From an uncultured virus (IMG/VR IMGVR_UViG_3300048609_000040) (taxonomy: Duplodnaviria; Heunggongvirae; Uroviricota; Caudoviricetes): 64,000 nt of DNA. How positions within the stretch are numbered: the stretch's first letter is position 1; the number at the start of each line of letters is the position of its first letter. The notes beneath the pieces are model-generated. The model had not been told where the DNA came from. It did not search any database and worked only from the letters and a program-made list of their open reading frames with translations. The stretch is from the IMG/VR virus record IMGVR_UViG_3300048609_000040, one strand, 5' to 3'. A program made the translations under genes and the position numbers. Below, one piece after another: positions 31,827 through 41,578 of the stretch.

Positions 31827-33914
31827 ATGCACACCAACCCAATTGGTCATTGGTCAGGTGGAACTCGCCCCCTCTATACGTGGGCTCCTGGTGACGCGAC
31901 GGCGGTGCCACCGCAACTGCCGCCGGACAACTCCCAGTTCCAGTTCTTCGACACGGCCGCCGCCCTCGTAGCTGCTGGCGTTCCAGCGCCGACGTATCTC
32001 TGGCCGTGCCAGGAGGCGGCGGGCGCGGGCGTCATCGCTGATGCTCAGGGCGTGGCCAACCTCGTAGCAGCGGGCGACGTAGCCCAAGGCCAGCGCACGC
32101 CTGGCATCTGGAACCCGGTAGCCAAGAACTTCGCTGGTCTTTATCGCAAGGCGGCGGCGTGTTCTAATGCTCTGGCCACGCACGGGTTTGTTTGCGCCGA
32201 CCCAGCGATCGGCGAGCTTGGCATGAACAGCCTTGCGTTCGTGGCCTGTTTTCGCATCGCATCGTACAACACGAGTCTGCGCGGACTACTACAAAAATGC
32301 ACCGGCACTCTCAGCACCAGCAACGGCTGGTCAATTCAGGTAGACGACAGCCAGGTAAAGTTGCAGATCCGCGACGGTGTGACCTACAAGTACATGCTGT
32401 CGGCAGCGGAGCAAGTCTTCCAGGGCAACGTTATCGTTGCACATGGGTACGCCAACAGGACTACCGGATTCGGTCGCGTGTGGACATCGTCGGGCGGATG
32501 GGGAACCGCCAACGATATTTCAGCACTGGTCAATCCCATTACCGCGCCGGCAATCCCGCTCCAGATGTTTTCAGGTGGCGGGGCTGGGTATCTGGCTGCC
32601 GATGGCCAGATCCTGTGGGCAGCCCTGTGGGTAGGCGGTGACGCGGAAACGCTTGGGAACGGGTGGACCGCAACCTATCGGCCGATCTTCTACCCACTCT
32701 GGACCGTGACCGACTGTCCACCCAACAATTCAGAGGTTGGGCGTGCGCTGTATGGATATTCATCCGCTAAATCGTATGCCCTGGTTGCTCGCGATCTGAC
32801 CTCTGGTCTATCAATCGGCTCGTTCCGGCGCTACATATCAAGCGCCGTACCGGGCTCGTTTGCGTGGGCGTGGAGCGACCAGATCAACCGCCTGGTGATG
32901 CGAGCTGAGAATGGCAGCCGCACGAGCCTTGTCGCCTACACCGACGCATTCGACGTTGCATCGTGGACCAAGGTGAACGTCGCGGTAGCGGCTGCGTGGT
33001 CGGACCGGATCGAGGCTCCAGATGGGTTCCTCACGGCTCGCAGGCTGACAGCAACAGCAAATGCGGGATACGCCAACTACACGGCGACCGTCACCGCAGG
33101 CGCGAACTACGTGATGAGCTTCCTGCACCGACGACGTGCCGGTGGCGCAGATGTCGCCGGTCGGCTCGTCGCGTACGACAACACGGTCGGTGCAGAGCTC
33201 GCGTCGGTCCCGTTTGTCGCTGGTGCTCTCTGGGAGATCTCGTACCTGGAAATCACGGTGCCAGTGGGGACCGTTTCGGTCGCCATGCGGATCGAGATCA
33301 CCACCAACGGAGATATTATCTATCCGTACCGTGCGAACTTCTACACGGGCAGCTACCAGCGGCTGGTGCTCTACCGCCACAACAACACCTACGCTGGCGG
33401 AGCGTGTCGGCCGTTCAGGCAGTACGTTGACCCCAGCGAGGCCATCGACAACAGCCGTGGCGAGATCGAGATCAAGTACTGCCGCGACTCGAACGTGAAT
33501 CTGCTGCAACAGCGGATTCTTATACGAAGCGGTGGCGGTTGGTACGATGCGTCGATCGGTACGGCCGATGAGCGGCTGATCTATTTTGATGCCGTTACGA
33601 ATCACCTGATGGCGCAGGTCCGAGACAACGTTGGCGTCGGCGCAGTCGTCGCCTTGATCGATGGCGGCCTAATCGACTTCACGGTCGAGCACAGGATCCA
33701 GCTCCGTTGGGACGTCGGCGGGCTGCCGAGCGGCAACACGATCGAGCTGATCGTTGATGGCGGGATTCCGATCTCGGGCAGCGTCGTGCCATGGGCGTGG
33801 TCGAACTATGCCTCGCGGTACTACTGCTGGCAGTGCCGGACGGTGGATGGTTCGACGTACTACCAACCCGAGGGCTACGTGCGGTACATCAAGATCTGGG
33901 CGGATCCTCAGTAG
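31827..33914 (+). CDS. lectin/LamG- and CBM-like multidomain virion protein
   Basis: Beta-rich, Trp-rich; N-terminus MHTNPIGHWSGG. Confidence 0.65.
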   Translation: MHTNPIGHWSGGTRPLYTWAPGDATAVPPQLPPDNSQFQFFDTAAALVAAGVPAPTYLWPCQEAAGAGVIADAQGVANLVAAGDVAQGQRTPGIWNPVAKNFAGLYRKAAACSNALATHGFVCADPAIGELGMNSLAFVACFRIASYNTSLRGLLQKCTGTLSTSNGWSIQVDDSQVKLQIRDGVTYKYMLSAAEQVFQGNVIVAHGYANRTTGFGRVWTSSGGWGTANDISALVNPITAPAIPLQMFSGGGAGYLAADGQILWAALWVGGDAETLGNGWTATYRPIFYPLWTVTDCPPNNSEVGRALYGYSSAKSYALVARDLTSGLSIGSFRRYISSAVPGSFAWAWSDQINRLVMRAENGSRTSLVAYTDAFDVASWTKVNVAVAAAWSDRIEAPDGFLTARRLTATANAGYANYTATVTAGANYVMSFLHRRRAGGADVAGRLVAYDNTVGAELASVPFVAGALWEISYLEITVPVGTVSVAMRIEITTNGDIIYPYRANFYTGSYQRLVLYRHNNTYAGGACRPFRQYVDPSEAIDNSRGEIEIKYCRDSNVNLLQQRILIRSGGGWYDASIGTADERLIYFDAVTNHLMAQVRDNVGVGAVVALIDGGLIDFTVEHRIQLRWDVGGLPSGNTIELIVDGGIPISGSVVPWAWSNYASRYYCWQCRTVDGSTYYQPEGYVRYIKIWADPQ

Positions 33915-33932
33915 GTAATTGCGAGTCGCAAG

Positions 33933-34724
33933 ATGCACACGAACCCCATATGCCACTTCTCGGGAGGCGCCGCTGGTCCAAGCAAGTGGATGAAGAATGG
34001 CCAGAGCGACTCGCAGGCCATTCTCGGCGTCGATTCCCAGGCAATCTGGTGCCCTGGCGACTTCGCGGTTGGTCCCCTCGTGGACAAGGTTGCGGCTGCT
34101 CAACTGGCCACCGTTTCGACGCCGCAATTCGGACAGGTGTTCGACGGTCTGCCAAACGATCCGCTGGCCGTTCAGTTTGACTCCGACCTTGATGGGTTCG
34201 CCGCGGGCTCCGCTGCTGTAGCAGACCCCGGAGCCCACGCTTCCTGGCTCGTCCTGGTCGCATTGAGATTCACCGCCGTGCCAGCCAGCAACAACCGGTA
34301 CGACATCGTGTCCCGAGATGGCCCGGTCAACAATGGCTGGTACTTCGTAATCCGCGACGACTTCTTCGGTACCGGCAATTTCGAGTTCAACGGCTATATC
34401 AACGGCGACGGGGGGGCGGACATTATCGCCCAGATCACAGCTACACCGTTCGACGCGAATCCGCACTACTTTGCGATCTGGCATCACTTCGGGAATGCCC
34501 AGCAGGGAGTGTCGTCGGACGTCGGGACCTGGTTCAGCGCAGTCGATATCGGTGGGATGACTCCTCCGGCCACGGTGAGGTTCCGCATCGGAGATGCGCT
34601 GGCCTACGTGGCCGGACGAATAAAACAGTCACTGGTTGTTGCTCTGGACGGAGTACGGGCAGAAACGATCATCGACGACATCAACGGGCCGAATCTGATC
34701 CTGCCAGATTGGTGGGCAATGTAG
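33933..34724 (+). CDS. LamG-like virion accessory protein
   Basis: N-terminus MHTNPICHFSGG shared with the upstream gene; beta-rich. Confidence 0.6.
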   Translation: MHTNPICHFSGGAAGPSKWMKNGQSDSQAILGVDSQAIWCPGDFAVGPLVDKVAAAQLATVSTPQFGQVFDGLPNDPLAVQFDSDLDGFAAGSAAVADPGAHASWLVLVALRFTAVPASNNRYDIVSRDGPVNNGWYFVIRDDFFGTGNFEFNGYINGDGGADIIAQITATPFDANPHYFAIWHHFGNAQQGVSSDVGTWFSAVDIGGMTPPATVRFRIGDALAYVAGRIKQSLVVALDGVRAETIIDDINGPNLILPDWWAM

Positions 34725-34969
34725 GCATATGTCACTGGTCGGGAGCGGCAGTTCCTCTACCGCCAGTTGTAGCTACCTGAGCAACCCCCAATAAGGAGTA
34801 TATGCATGATCCCTGGACAATTCGTACTAGTTTGCGATCAGTGTCGTTGCTACCGCCGTGTCTGGAAAAAAGACGATGTTGACTTTGTTGCTGTCCACGT
34901 AGCTTGCAACCCAGCTATGGGTGTGCGGGCTGTGCAAGGTCCGTACGTGCCAGCCGGCTACGTGAAGAA

Positions 34970-35821
34970 CTAGTCATGTTGTATGTTGAATGTCTTGATG
35001 GCGTCGATCAAGTGTAGTGATTTGATAACACTTGCTACGTCACAGCCTTTTTCATCACTTACAACACGCCGGTAAACCTCTTTGTGCAGGTTAGACATTT
35101 TGTCTGACACGTCGAGTGAAACCGGCCCAACAGTAAACCGGCGGTGCACAGCTGCTGGATCGTCGACGATCGCCAACCGCCACGTAACGCGGGCGTGCTC
35201 GGTCTTAAAGACACCGTGAGCTTCGTGCGAAGCAACCTCTGCGGCTTCGATGTCGACGACATTTCCGGTCAGGTAGACAGCAAGGTCGAAAAGGTGAATC
35301 CCAATATTGACTAGGATCCCGCCTGACAACTTTGACTGACCTTTCCAGGACTCGTCGTACCACGGTCCGCGACACACTACATAATCGATGTCTAAAGTAG
35401 TACAATGTCCATCGATGGCCGTACGGAGCGTTGCTACTTCAGGGTGATAACGAAGCTGTACGACTGGGTAAACACGCCCAGCGTATTGTTGTATGTCAGT
35501 GATGAATCGACTGCCAGATTCGTGACTGAGTGCTAATGGCTTCTCGATGACGACGTTCTTACCGTTTTTCAGTGCCGTAATGGCTTGGCCAACGTGCTGC
35601 CAGCTTGGAGTGCACAGTACGACAGTGTCAATCTCGTGGATGTGGTCTTGCCAAAAGACCTCATCGCGTGTTGTAAACATGCAGCGTGGAGCGTAACGAT
35701 CTAACTGGCCTACAGAATCGCTCAAATCACACGCAGCGACGATTTGGCCGCCAACAGCTGTGATTGCTTCCATGTGTTTTCTAGCTACGTAGCCACCAAC
35801 TCCTAAAATACCAAAGCGCAT
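34970..35821 (-). CDS. Gfo/Idh/MocA oxidoreductase (WbpB/WlbA-like nucleotide-sugar dehydrogenase)
   Basis: GVGGYVA, EKP and RGPWYDESWKG...SGGILVNIGIHLFD motifs. Confidence 0.88.
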   Translation of the reverse strand: MRFGILGVGGYVARKHMEAITAVGGQIVAACDLSDSVGQLDRYAPRCMFTTRDEVFWQDHIHEIDTVVLCTPSWQHVGQAITALKNGKNVVIEKPLALSHESGSRFITDIQQYAGRVYPVVQLRYHPEVATLRTAIDGHCTTLDIDYVVCRGPWYDESWKGQSKLSGGILVNIGIHLFDLAVYLTGNVVDIEAAEVASHEAHGVFKTEHARVTWRLAIVDDPAAVHRRFTVGPVSLDVSDKMSNLHKEVYRRVVSDEKGCDVASVIKSLHLIDAIKTFNIQHD

Positions 35822-35881
35822 CCACGTAGCATCGCGCTTTTGCCGTTATACTTCAAGTAATTGGACTGATCGCTGTTGTGA

Positions 35882-36643
35882 TCACGCCTTCGGGCGGTAC
35901 GGCTCTTCGGGATTGTGGTTCTTCAGGTCCAGAATTTTGTGTCCAAGTTCGGTACCGAACCAGTCAATCAAGACGCGCGGATCAAAGTGCTCAACGTTGT
36001 TCTCGAATTGAAGCGGTGAACTCAACGTTTGATGGAGCTTAATGCCTAGATGCTTGAGATCGGTGTGGCGCATACAAGTGAAACGATCCTTATGCGTCAC
36101 AGTTTTGAGATGTTGTGTAGCACTGTAATCGAGGCTGTTTGACAGTTCTCTATCCCAAAGTTGCCAGTCGAGTTTGGAGAGCAACTCACGACTGTAGCAT
36201 CTGCCGCTACCAATCGGCTCGCCTTCGCGTGGCCCCTTGTAGCCAGGCCAATGAACCAGTGTCCAGTAGTGTGGATTGAACTGGTAGTGATCGTAGATTC
36301 CTGTGTAGTCTATTCCGTCGCGTAGTGCCTGGACCCATTGCACGAAGAGTGCATCATTGGCCATGTTGTCGCTACCCAAGGTCATGACTGCATCAGGATC
36401 CAGTGTTCGAGCACAGGTTAGGCCATACTGCCACTTGTTTCCTAGCGGCTCATTCGGAAACTCCACATAAGCGGCGCCGCAAGACTCTGCCAATTCGCGG
36501 CTTCGGCTACCTTCTGAACCGATTGTCAGAGGAATCAAATTTACTGTGTCGACGAGTCTGTGCCGCTGCTCTACCAAATGCTCCAACACAACTTTCACGG
36601 TGGGGAACCGTCCCCAAAACGCTGTGATGACAACTATTTTCAT
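35882..36643 (-). CDS. GT-A fold glycosyltransferase-like protein
   Basis: VVITAFWGR, PNEPLGNKW and LGSDN motifs. Confidence 0.7.
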   Translation of the reverse strand: MKIVVITAFWGRFPTVKVVLEHLVEQRHRLVDTVNLIPLTIGSEGSRSRELAESCGAAYVEFPNEPLGNKWQYGLTCARTLDPDAVMTLGSDNMANDALFVQWVQALRDGIDYTGIYDHYQFNPHYWTLVHWPGYKGPREGEPIGSGRCYSRELLSKLDWQLWDRELSNSLDYSATQHLKTVTHKDRFTCMRHTDLKHLGIKLHQTLSSPLQFENNVEHFDPRVLIDWFGTELGHKILDLKNHNPEEPYRPKA

Positions 36644-37269
36644 GGGTGCAACGTCCAGCTAGGATCGAGGCTGCCGGTTAGAAACAGCTCTTGAGCTTTT
36701 CTAGCCTTGTTGTAGACGCGTTCCACTTTCAATGATGTTGTCAGACCCAACGTCTTAATCTCCTTCTCCAACTGTGTTTGTGACGTATAGGTGTCGTAAC
36801 AACCATCGTCTCGTCGTTTGGGGTTGTGCATTGGCTCGTCGGTTACATAGCTGATGTCCATACCGATAGCACGGCCACAACGGAATGCCGCTAGTACCAT
36901 CGGCAACCAATGGGCCTGATGGCATAGAACTGCTTGGCTGATGACCAATTCTGCAGGTACTATTTGACCTGCAGCAAGCATATCCATGAAGTTTCCTTGA
37001 ACGGCGTGTACATTGGGGTGACTGTTGTCGAACGTTATTGGACCGTTTGAGATGTCGATGCCGAGATAATTCTTCCCGTTCCAACCTCGTTTGACTAGCT
37101 CTTTGCAAAAGTGTCCATAGCCACAACCGATCTCAATGATCGTTGACGCCTTTAGACAGGCTGTCAACAGCCGTTCGGTTATCTTCTCACCTTCCCGCGT
37201 CTTCCACATCCAATCCCAAAACGTGGTTGGTTGTTTCTGCCAAACTTCGCCGTATTCGCCCATCTTCAC
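36640..37269 (-). CDS. class I SAM methyltransferase
   Basis: IIEIGCGYG and YLGIDIS motifs. Confidence 0.85.
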   Translation of the reverse strand: MKMGEYGEVWQKQPTTFWDWMWKTREGEKITERLLTACLKASTIIEIGCGYGHFCKELVKRGWNGKNYLGIDISNGPITFDNSHPNVHAVQGNFMDMLAAGQIVPAELVISQAVLCHQAHWLPMVLAAFRCGRAIGMDISYVTDEPMHNPKRRDDGCYDTYTSQTQLEKEIKTLGLTTSLKVERVYNKARKAQELFLTGSLDPSWTLHP

Positions 37270-37874
37270 TTCTCCAGTTCGCCGACCAACAACACTGGTT
37301 GATAGACACCTGCTGTGATTTGCGTGGCCGCCATGTTTAAACCAGGAAACAGTTTCTGATACCGCTCCAACGGTCTCCGTGTTGAGTGTCCTAGGCGAGA
37401 CTTATGAGGTGGTCCTACAGCATCACACACGATCATGTAGCTTCCTGCCCTCAACACGCGTCTGATGTCCTTGCATAAGGCTTCGACGATTGCATCAGGG
37501 ACGTGCTGTATGACGGCATAGATGAACAACCCGTCAAACCTTTCGTTTTTGAAGGGGAGTGTGCAACTGGGAGCGACATGCTGCACGAGATTTTTGCTCA
37601 TTTCGCACATCGTACGAGAGCTGTCGACAGCTGTAACACGATGTGTTTTTAGTAGACGTTGTGTGAAGCGTCCCCAACCAGCACCGAAATCAAGTACCTC
37701 TCCTCGATAATGTTGCGTGAGCGATTGGAGTACTTTCCACGCAGCTTCGGTGTCTACATGAAACTCTTGATTGGAGCTGTCTAGGTGTCCTACAGCCTGT
37801 AGGCCACGAGTAGCGGCTCTGTCGTTCCAATATTCCTCACCCAATTCATATTTTTCGATCACCACAATTTCCAC
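37266..37874 (-). CDS. class I SAM methyltransferase
   Basis: VLDFGAGWG, LPFKNERFD and RVLRAG motifs. Confidence 0.88.
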   Translation of the reverse strand: MEIVVIEKYELGEEYWNDRAATRGLQAVGHLDSSNQEFHVDTEAAWKVLQSLTQHYRGEVLDFGAGWGRFTQRLLKTHRVTAVDSSRTMCEMSKNLVQHVAPSCTLPFKNERFDGLFIYAVIQHVPDAIVEALCKDIRRVLRAGSYMIVCDAVGPPHKSRLGHSTRRPLERYQKLFPGLNMAATQITAGVYQPVLLVGELEK

Positions 37875-38545
37875 TCCTTCACACGACTCAACGCTCGTAT
37901 CTGTGGTTTATCGCTGTCGCGTGTCATACGAGCCCAGATGGTATCGGCGGGCTGTGGTCGTGCCTCTTTTAGCCACTTTTCCTCATGTGGAATGGAGAGT
38001 AGAGAAACTTGTTGGTACTGCGCCTGCAAGGCAAACCATACATCAGCCATAAAACCGTTTTCAAAATGTTTCCAACTGAGTTGTATAGTAGATGAGTGAA
38101 AGGCAAGTGTTCCAGTTCCTAGCTGGTGTTCTTTACGGACATCTTGTACGGCAGGCCCCAAACACCGTCGTACGTCACGATCGGATCGATAGTTACGGGG
38201 TGGGCTACAACGAAACCTAGCAGCATGCACTCCAACAGCCGCCTTTGGAGTGGCTTTCAGATAATGAAGCAGTTGGGCGATGTAGTCATGAGGATAAATG
38301 ATGTCATCGTCGCAAGTGAACAAGTAACCTGTTGCCCCTTGACAGGCCAGTGTGAATTTAGACGCGTCTCCTCTATCTACGACACGGCTTACGTGTACAC
38401 CAGCCGGTGGTGACCATGAAAACTCCTTGTCGCCGTTGATACATATGTGCAGTTCGTCTACTTGCGGCAAGAGGGATTGTACGGCTTGTCCGATTACTTG
38501 TTCCCTACCCGGAAATGTCGCAATACACGCAAGTCGTTTACACAT
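37859..38545 (-). CDS. glycosyltransferase family 2-like
   Basis: IATFPGR, TCDDDIIYP and GTG motifs. Confidence 0.8.
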   Translation of the reverse strand: MCKRLACIATFPGREQVIGQAVQSLLPQVDELHICINGDKEFSWSPPAGVHVSRVVDRGDASKFTLACQGATGYLFTCDDDIIYPHDYIAQLLHYLKATPKAAVGVHAARFRCSPPRNYRSDRDVRRCLGPAVQDVRKEHQLGTGTLAFHSSTIQLSWKHFENGFMADVWFALQAQYQQVSLLSIPHEEKWLKEARPQPADTIWARMTRDSDKPQIRALSRVKEWKLW

Positions 38546-39236
38546 CGATCCACCGCACTGTCGTGAATGGGTACTTAGCTCTGCCGATCGGATTCATCAT
38601 AGACACAACACCAAGATGCAGTGTAAGAGACTGCCACGAGCGGAACATCCGTAATGCTTGTTCGTGCAACCGCCGCGTTGCCTGACTCCACACACCAGAT
38701 CCCATTGGGACACCAGCAGAGAGAGTGTCCCAACGAGTCAGAATCGGGTGTATTTTCCAGTCTAGCTTCTCGAAGAAAGCCCTCTCCGCATAGAAGCACC
38801 CGTCAATCCACCAAGTCTCTTCTACGAGCGTGTTGTAGCGTACAGGCAGTCTACAAGTCCAATTGGCCTGTCCCGCTCGATGATCCACAAATAGGTTCAG
38901 AGCTATTTTGTCATTGGGGAGTGTTTGCCACCGCTCTTCACACCGATCCAAAAAGTCCTTACACAGTTTCATGTCGTCAGGCAGAAAGACGTATCTATCG
39001 TAAACAGGACGTACACGAAGCTCCTCGAAAATGTGGTTGATCCACTGCCAAAACAGTTTCTTGCCGTGGTTGATTGAGGCTACGTGGTGCTCAACAACAG
39101 GTGCGAGATTGTTTGTTGTGTCTGGATCGTCATCGAATACGACGATGTCTATATTCATGTATCCTGTGAGCTGCTTTAGTAGCTGTTGAAGCAGCTCGGG
39201 TCGTTTGTATGTAAGTACGACGACTAAGGTCTTCAT
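38538..39236 (-). CDS. glycosyltransferase family 2-like
   Basis: VLTYKRP, VFDD and FLPDD motifs. Confidence 0.78.
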   Translation of the reverse strand: MKTLVVVLTYKRPELLQQLLKQLTGYMNIDIVVFDDDPDTTNNLAPVVEHHVASINHGKKLFWQWINHIFEELRVRPVYDRYVFLPDDMKLCKDFLDRCEERWQTLPNDKIALNLFVDHRAGQANWTCRLPVRYNTLVEETWWIDGCFYAERAFFEKLDWKIHPILTRWDTLSAGVPMGSGVWSQATRRLHEQALRMFRSWQSLTLHLGVVSMMNPIGRAKYPFTTVRWIDV

Positions 39237-39889
39237 GTCGGCAGCCAAAGATGTGTTGGCGTAGCGCAGTAACATCCTGCATGTTGGTATCCCGCCTTCA
39301 CCAGGATGCTTTCTTGGTCAGCTGTCTCTTTGGGTGTTTGTGCCTCTACGATTACGACAGGTCTGTCACGTGTCAGCAACTGCTGTGCTCCCAGTAGGGC
39401 TGGTACCTCAAAGCCCTCGATGTCCATCTTCAAGACGGCAACTTTCACACCAGCAGTAAGTTGGTCAAGGGAGAACAGGGGAATGTCGCCAGTTGAGGCC
39501 TCTGCGTAACGGTTCATGCCTGAGTTGTTCGGAGTCTCAGAGATGAGTTGTGCGTGGTTCGCAGATCGACCGATTGCGCAGCGGAATGGGAACACGTTCT
39601 TGATGTTGTTGGTTGCTAGATTGGCCACAAGGCACTGGAAGGTGTTACCAGCGGGCTCAAAGGCCCAAACCTCAGTCGCGTCACAGAAACACGAGAAGTA
39701 CACAGAGTGGTTACCGACGTGTGCGCCAGCGTCCAGATACAGACCTTGTAGGTGTAGGTCACGAACACGTTGCAAAAGTGGTGTCTCATAGAAAACACCT
39801 GCAGCGTGACTTTTGGCGATGTGGTCGTTCTCTAGCGGGTGGTGGAAGCTGAAGGTGTGCCCTTCATACTGAAAGGTTTTTTCTTGCAC
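39233..39889 (-). CDS. FkbM family methyltransferase
   Basis: LDAGAHVGNHS, AFEP and KMDIEGFE motifs. Confidence 0.92.
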   Translation of the reverse strand: MQEKTFQYEGHTFSFHHPLENDHIAKSHAAGVFYETPLLQRVRDLHLQGLYLDAGAHVGNHSVYFSCFCDATEVWAFEPAGNTFQCLVANLATNNIKNVFPFRCAIGRSANHAQLISETPNNSGMNRYAEASTGDIPLFSLDQLTAGVKVAVLKMDIEGFEVPALLGAQQLLTRDRPVVIVEAQTPKETADQESILVKAGYQHAGCYCATPTHLWLPT

Positions 39890-39924
39890 GCTTCAACGTA
39901 ACACAAACCGGTTGTAGCTTCAAA

Positions 39925-40600
39925 TTACAGCTCGTAATCACCCTTCCGGTAGCGTTCATACGAGAAACGGGTCTGGGTTGGGTGATGCGTTACGACGCCT
40001 CGCTGCATTGCGACGGTCCAGGTCTTGTCAGACCGTTCTCCGGTCCCGACCTGTGCCTTACGGTCACGAGCACGTTCAGTAGCAACTCTTTGTTGTTTCT
40101 GCTCCCACAGCTTGGCCCGCAAAAGGGATAATGCTGATTGGCGATTTTGATGTTGTGACCGTTCTGATTCCACACGGACGATCAATCCAGTCGGCTTGTG
40201 TTTGATTTGTACCGCGCTGTCTGTGACATTCCTATGCTGCCCACCTGCACCTGAACCACGAGTGGTTGTCCATTCTAGGTCTCGATCGTCGAGATGAAAC
40301 TCGACCTCGGTTGGCTCGGGAAGCACAGCAACGGTTACTGTGCTGCTGTGGACACGGCCGTGTTTTTCAGTTTCGGGGATGCGTTGGAAGCGGTGGCCGC
40401 CTGGTTCGTCTTTGAAGGATTGCCAAGCTTGATCACCGACTACTCGGAAGGCAATGAACCCAGGACGCTCTTCGAGAAGCTCGACGCTAAAGACCCCTCC
40501 GTGAGGCACGTCGCGTGTAGATAACGGCCTGTTCTCGAACAAGTCCTTTGGCGTCTAAGCCGCCTTCCCCACCGCGAATTTCGACAATGCATGTACGCAT
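39925..40600 (-). CDS. truncated RF1-like peptide chain release factor, expressed via +1 frameshift
   Basis: Frame 0 (40600-40487) MRTCIVEIRGGEGG...Y.RRASRRGL*; +1 frame has HRFQRIPETEKHGRVHSS (PxT) and GAGGQHRN; ~224 aa when joined. Confidence 0.88.
40486..40500 (-). promoter_or_regulatory. prfB-type +1 programmed frameshift signal with UAG
   Basis: GGAGG-GGT-CTT-TAG-C: internal SD, 3-nt spacer, slippery CUU-U, stop codon. Confidence 0.85.
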
Positions 40601-40678
40601 AACGTGACGGTAACTGCTTAACGCGACAACCGCAACTCCAAATCTTGCTAATAACGTAGGTGCGTGTATTATCTGTGA

Positions 40679-41182
40679 ATGGGTAAGAAAAAATCAGAAC
40701 CACCCATCAAACGGCGTTTTGTAGCACAGAAAGGATCGCGCCGTGTTGAAGGCGTGGGCGAGGTTGACACTGGCGCAACAGCCTCAAACTTGAGTCGTAC
40801 AGTCATGTGTCAGCTTGTTCCAACACTGCCCAACCCAAACACATTTGCTACCACCAGCGGAGGAGATGTAGGCGGTAACTTGATCGAAGTCTTGCTGCGT
40901 GTAGGCAAGCGTAAAGCACGGATCAAAGCATTTGTTCCTGCTGTGTTGTACCTGTTAGATGGATCGACACAAGACATCGAAGGACACAACCTCATCGGAC
41001 TCGACTTTCTGCGTACGACAAAGGCTGTGCTCGATTTTAGACGTCGTCGTGGTAGTGAATTACTACAAGGTTTCAATCCTGATACTGGTCACATAATCTC
41101 GTTTCGTCCAATGACCAAACGAGAAGCGGCACTAGCCGCCCACGTGCGTTGTCCAAAAACCAAGACCAAAAGCACACGGTAG
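40679..41182 (+). CDS. retropepsin-like aspartyl protease
   Basis: VDTGAT and LIGLDFL motifs. Confidence 0.8.
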   Translation: MGKKKSEPPIKRRFVAQKGSRRVEGVGEVDTGATASNLSRTVMCQLVPTLPNPNTFATTSGGDVGGNLIEVLLRVGKRKARIKAFVPAVLYLLDGSTQDIEGHNLIGLDFLRTTKAVLDFRRRRGSELLQGFNPDTGHIISFRPMTKREAALAAHVRCPKTKTKSTR

Positions 41183-41187
41183 CAGGG

Positions 41188-41397
41188 CTAGGACCGCAAC
41201 TCTTCCGCGATCTGCGCGAGTTGTTCAGCGGCAGATACGTAGCTGCCAACCACGTGCGCAACGGTTCTTGGGTCTTCCTCGTGTTCTAGTTCCTTCGCGA
41301 GGATGGCTGCGATAGTAGCCAACCTGTCGACCACTTCAGCGAACCCTACCTCTTCGATGATGCTGAACAGTTGATCAATAGCTCGTTTGCGCTTCAT
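41188..41397 (-). CDS. small helical hypothetical protein
   Basis: GAGGA RBS before MKRKR. Confidence 0.5.
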   Translation of the reverse strand: MKRKRAIDQLFSIIEEVGFAEVVDRLATIAAILAKELEHEEDPRTVAHVVGSYVSAAEQLAQIAEELRS

Positions 41398-41578
41398 GTC
41401 GAAGTTCCTCGTCAGGTATTGGCCGTCGCCAATCCGCAACACACATGCAAAAAGTAGGTACTGTGGTGGACCCGTGGAGAGTAGCCAACAACGCCGTTGT
41501 TAGAACAGGGCGTCCACATCTTCCACAGTAGCGAACAAGGATCAGCGGACTTGCGGTAGTTGCGGTATACATATGTTG

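Noticed and set aside
29536..34487. Long alternative-frame and antisense ORFs (29586..30554 +, 32838..33605 -, 33669..34487 -)
   Set aside because: Shadows of GC3-rich coding sequence, with Arg/Pro-rich composition and no motifs
40489..40542. TTG start at 40542 for the release factor
   Set aside because: The residues before the shift site are not RF-like, whereas the other frame from ATG 40600 carries the conserved EIRxGxGG motif
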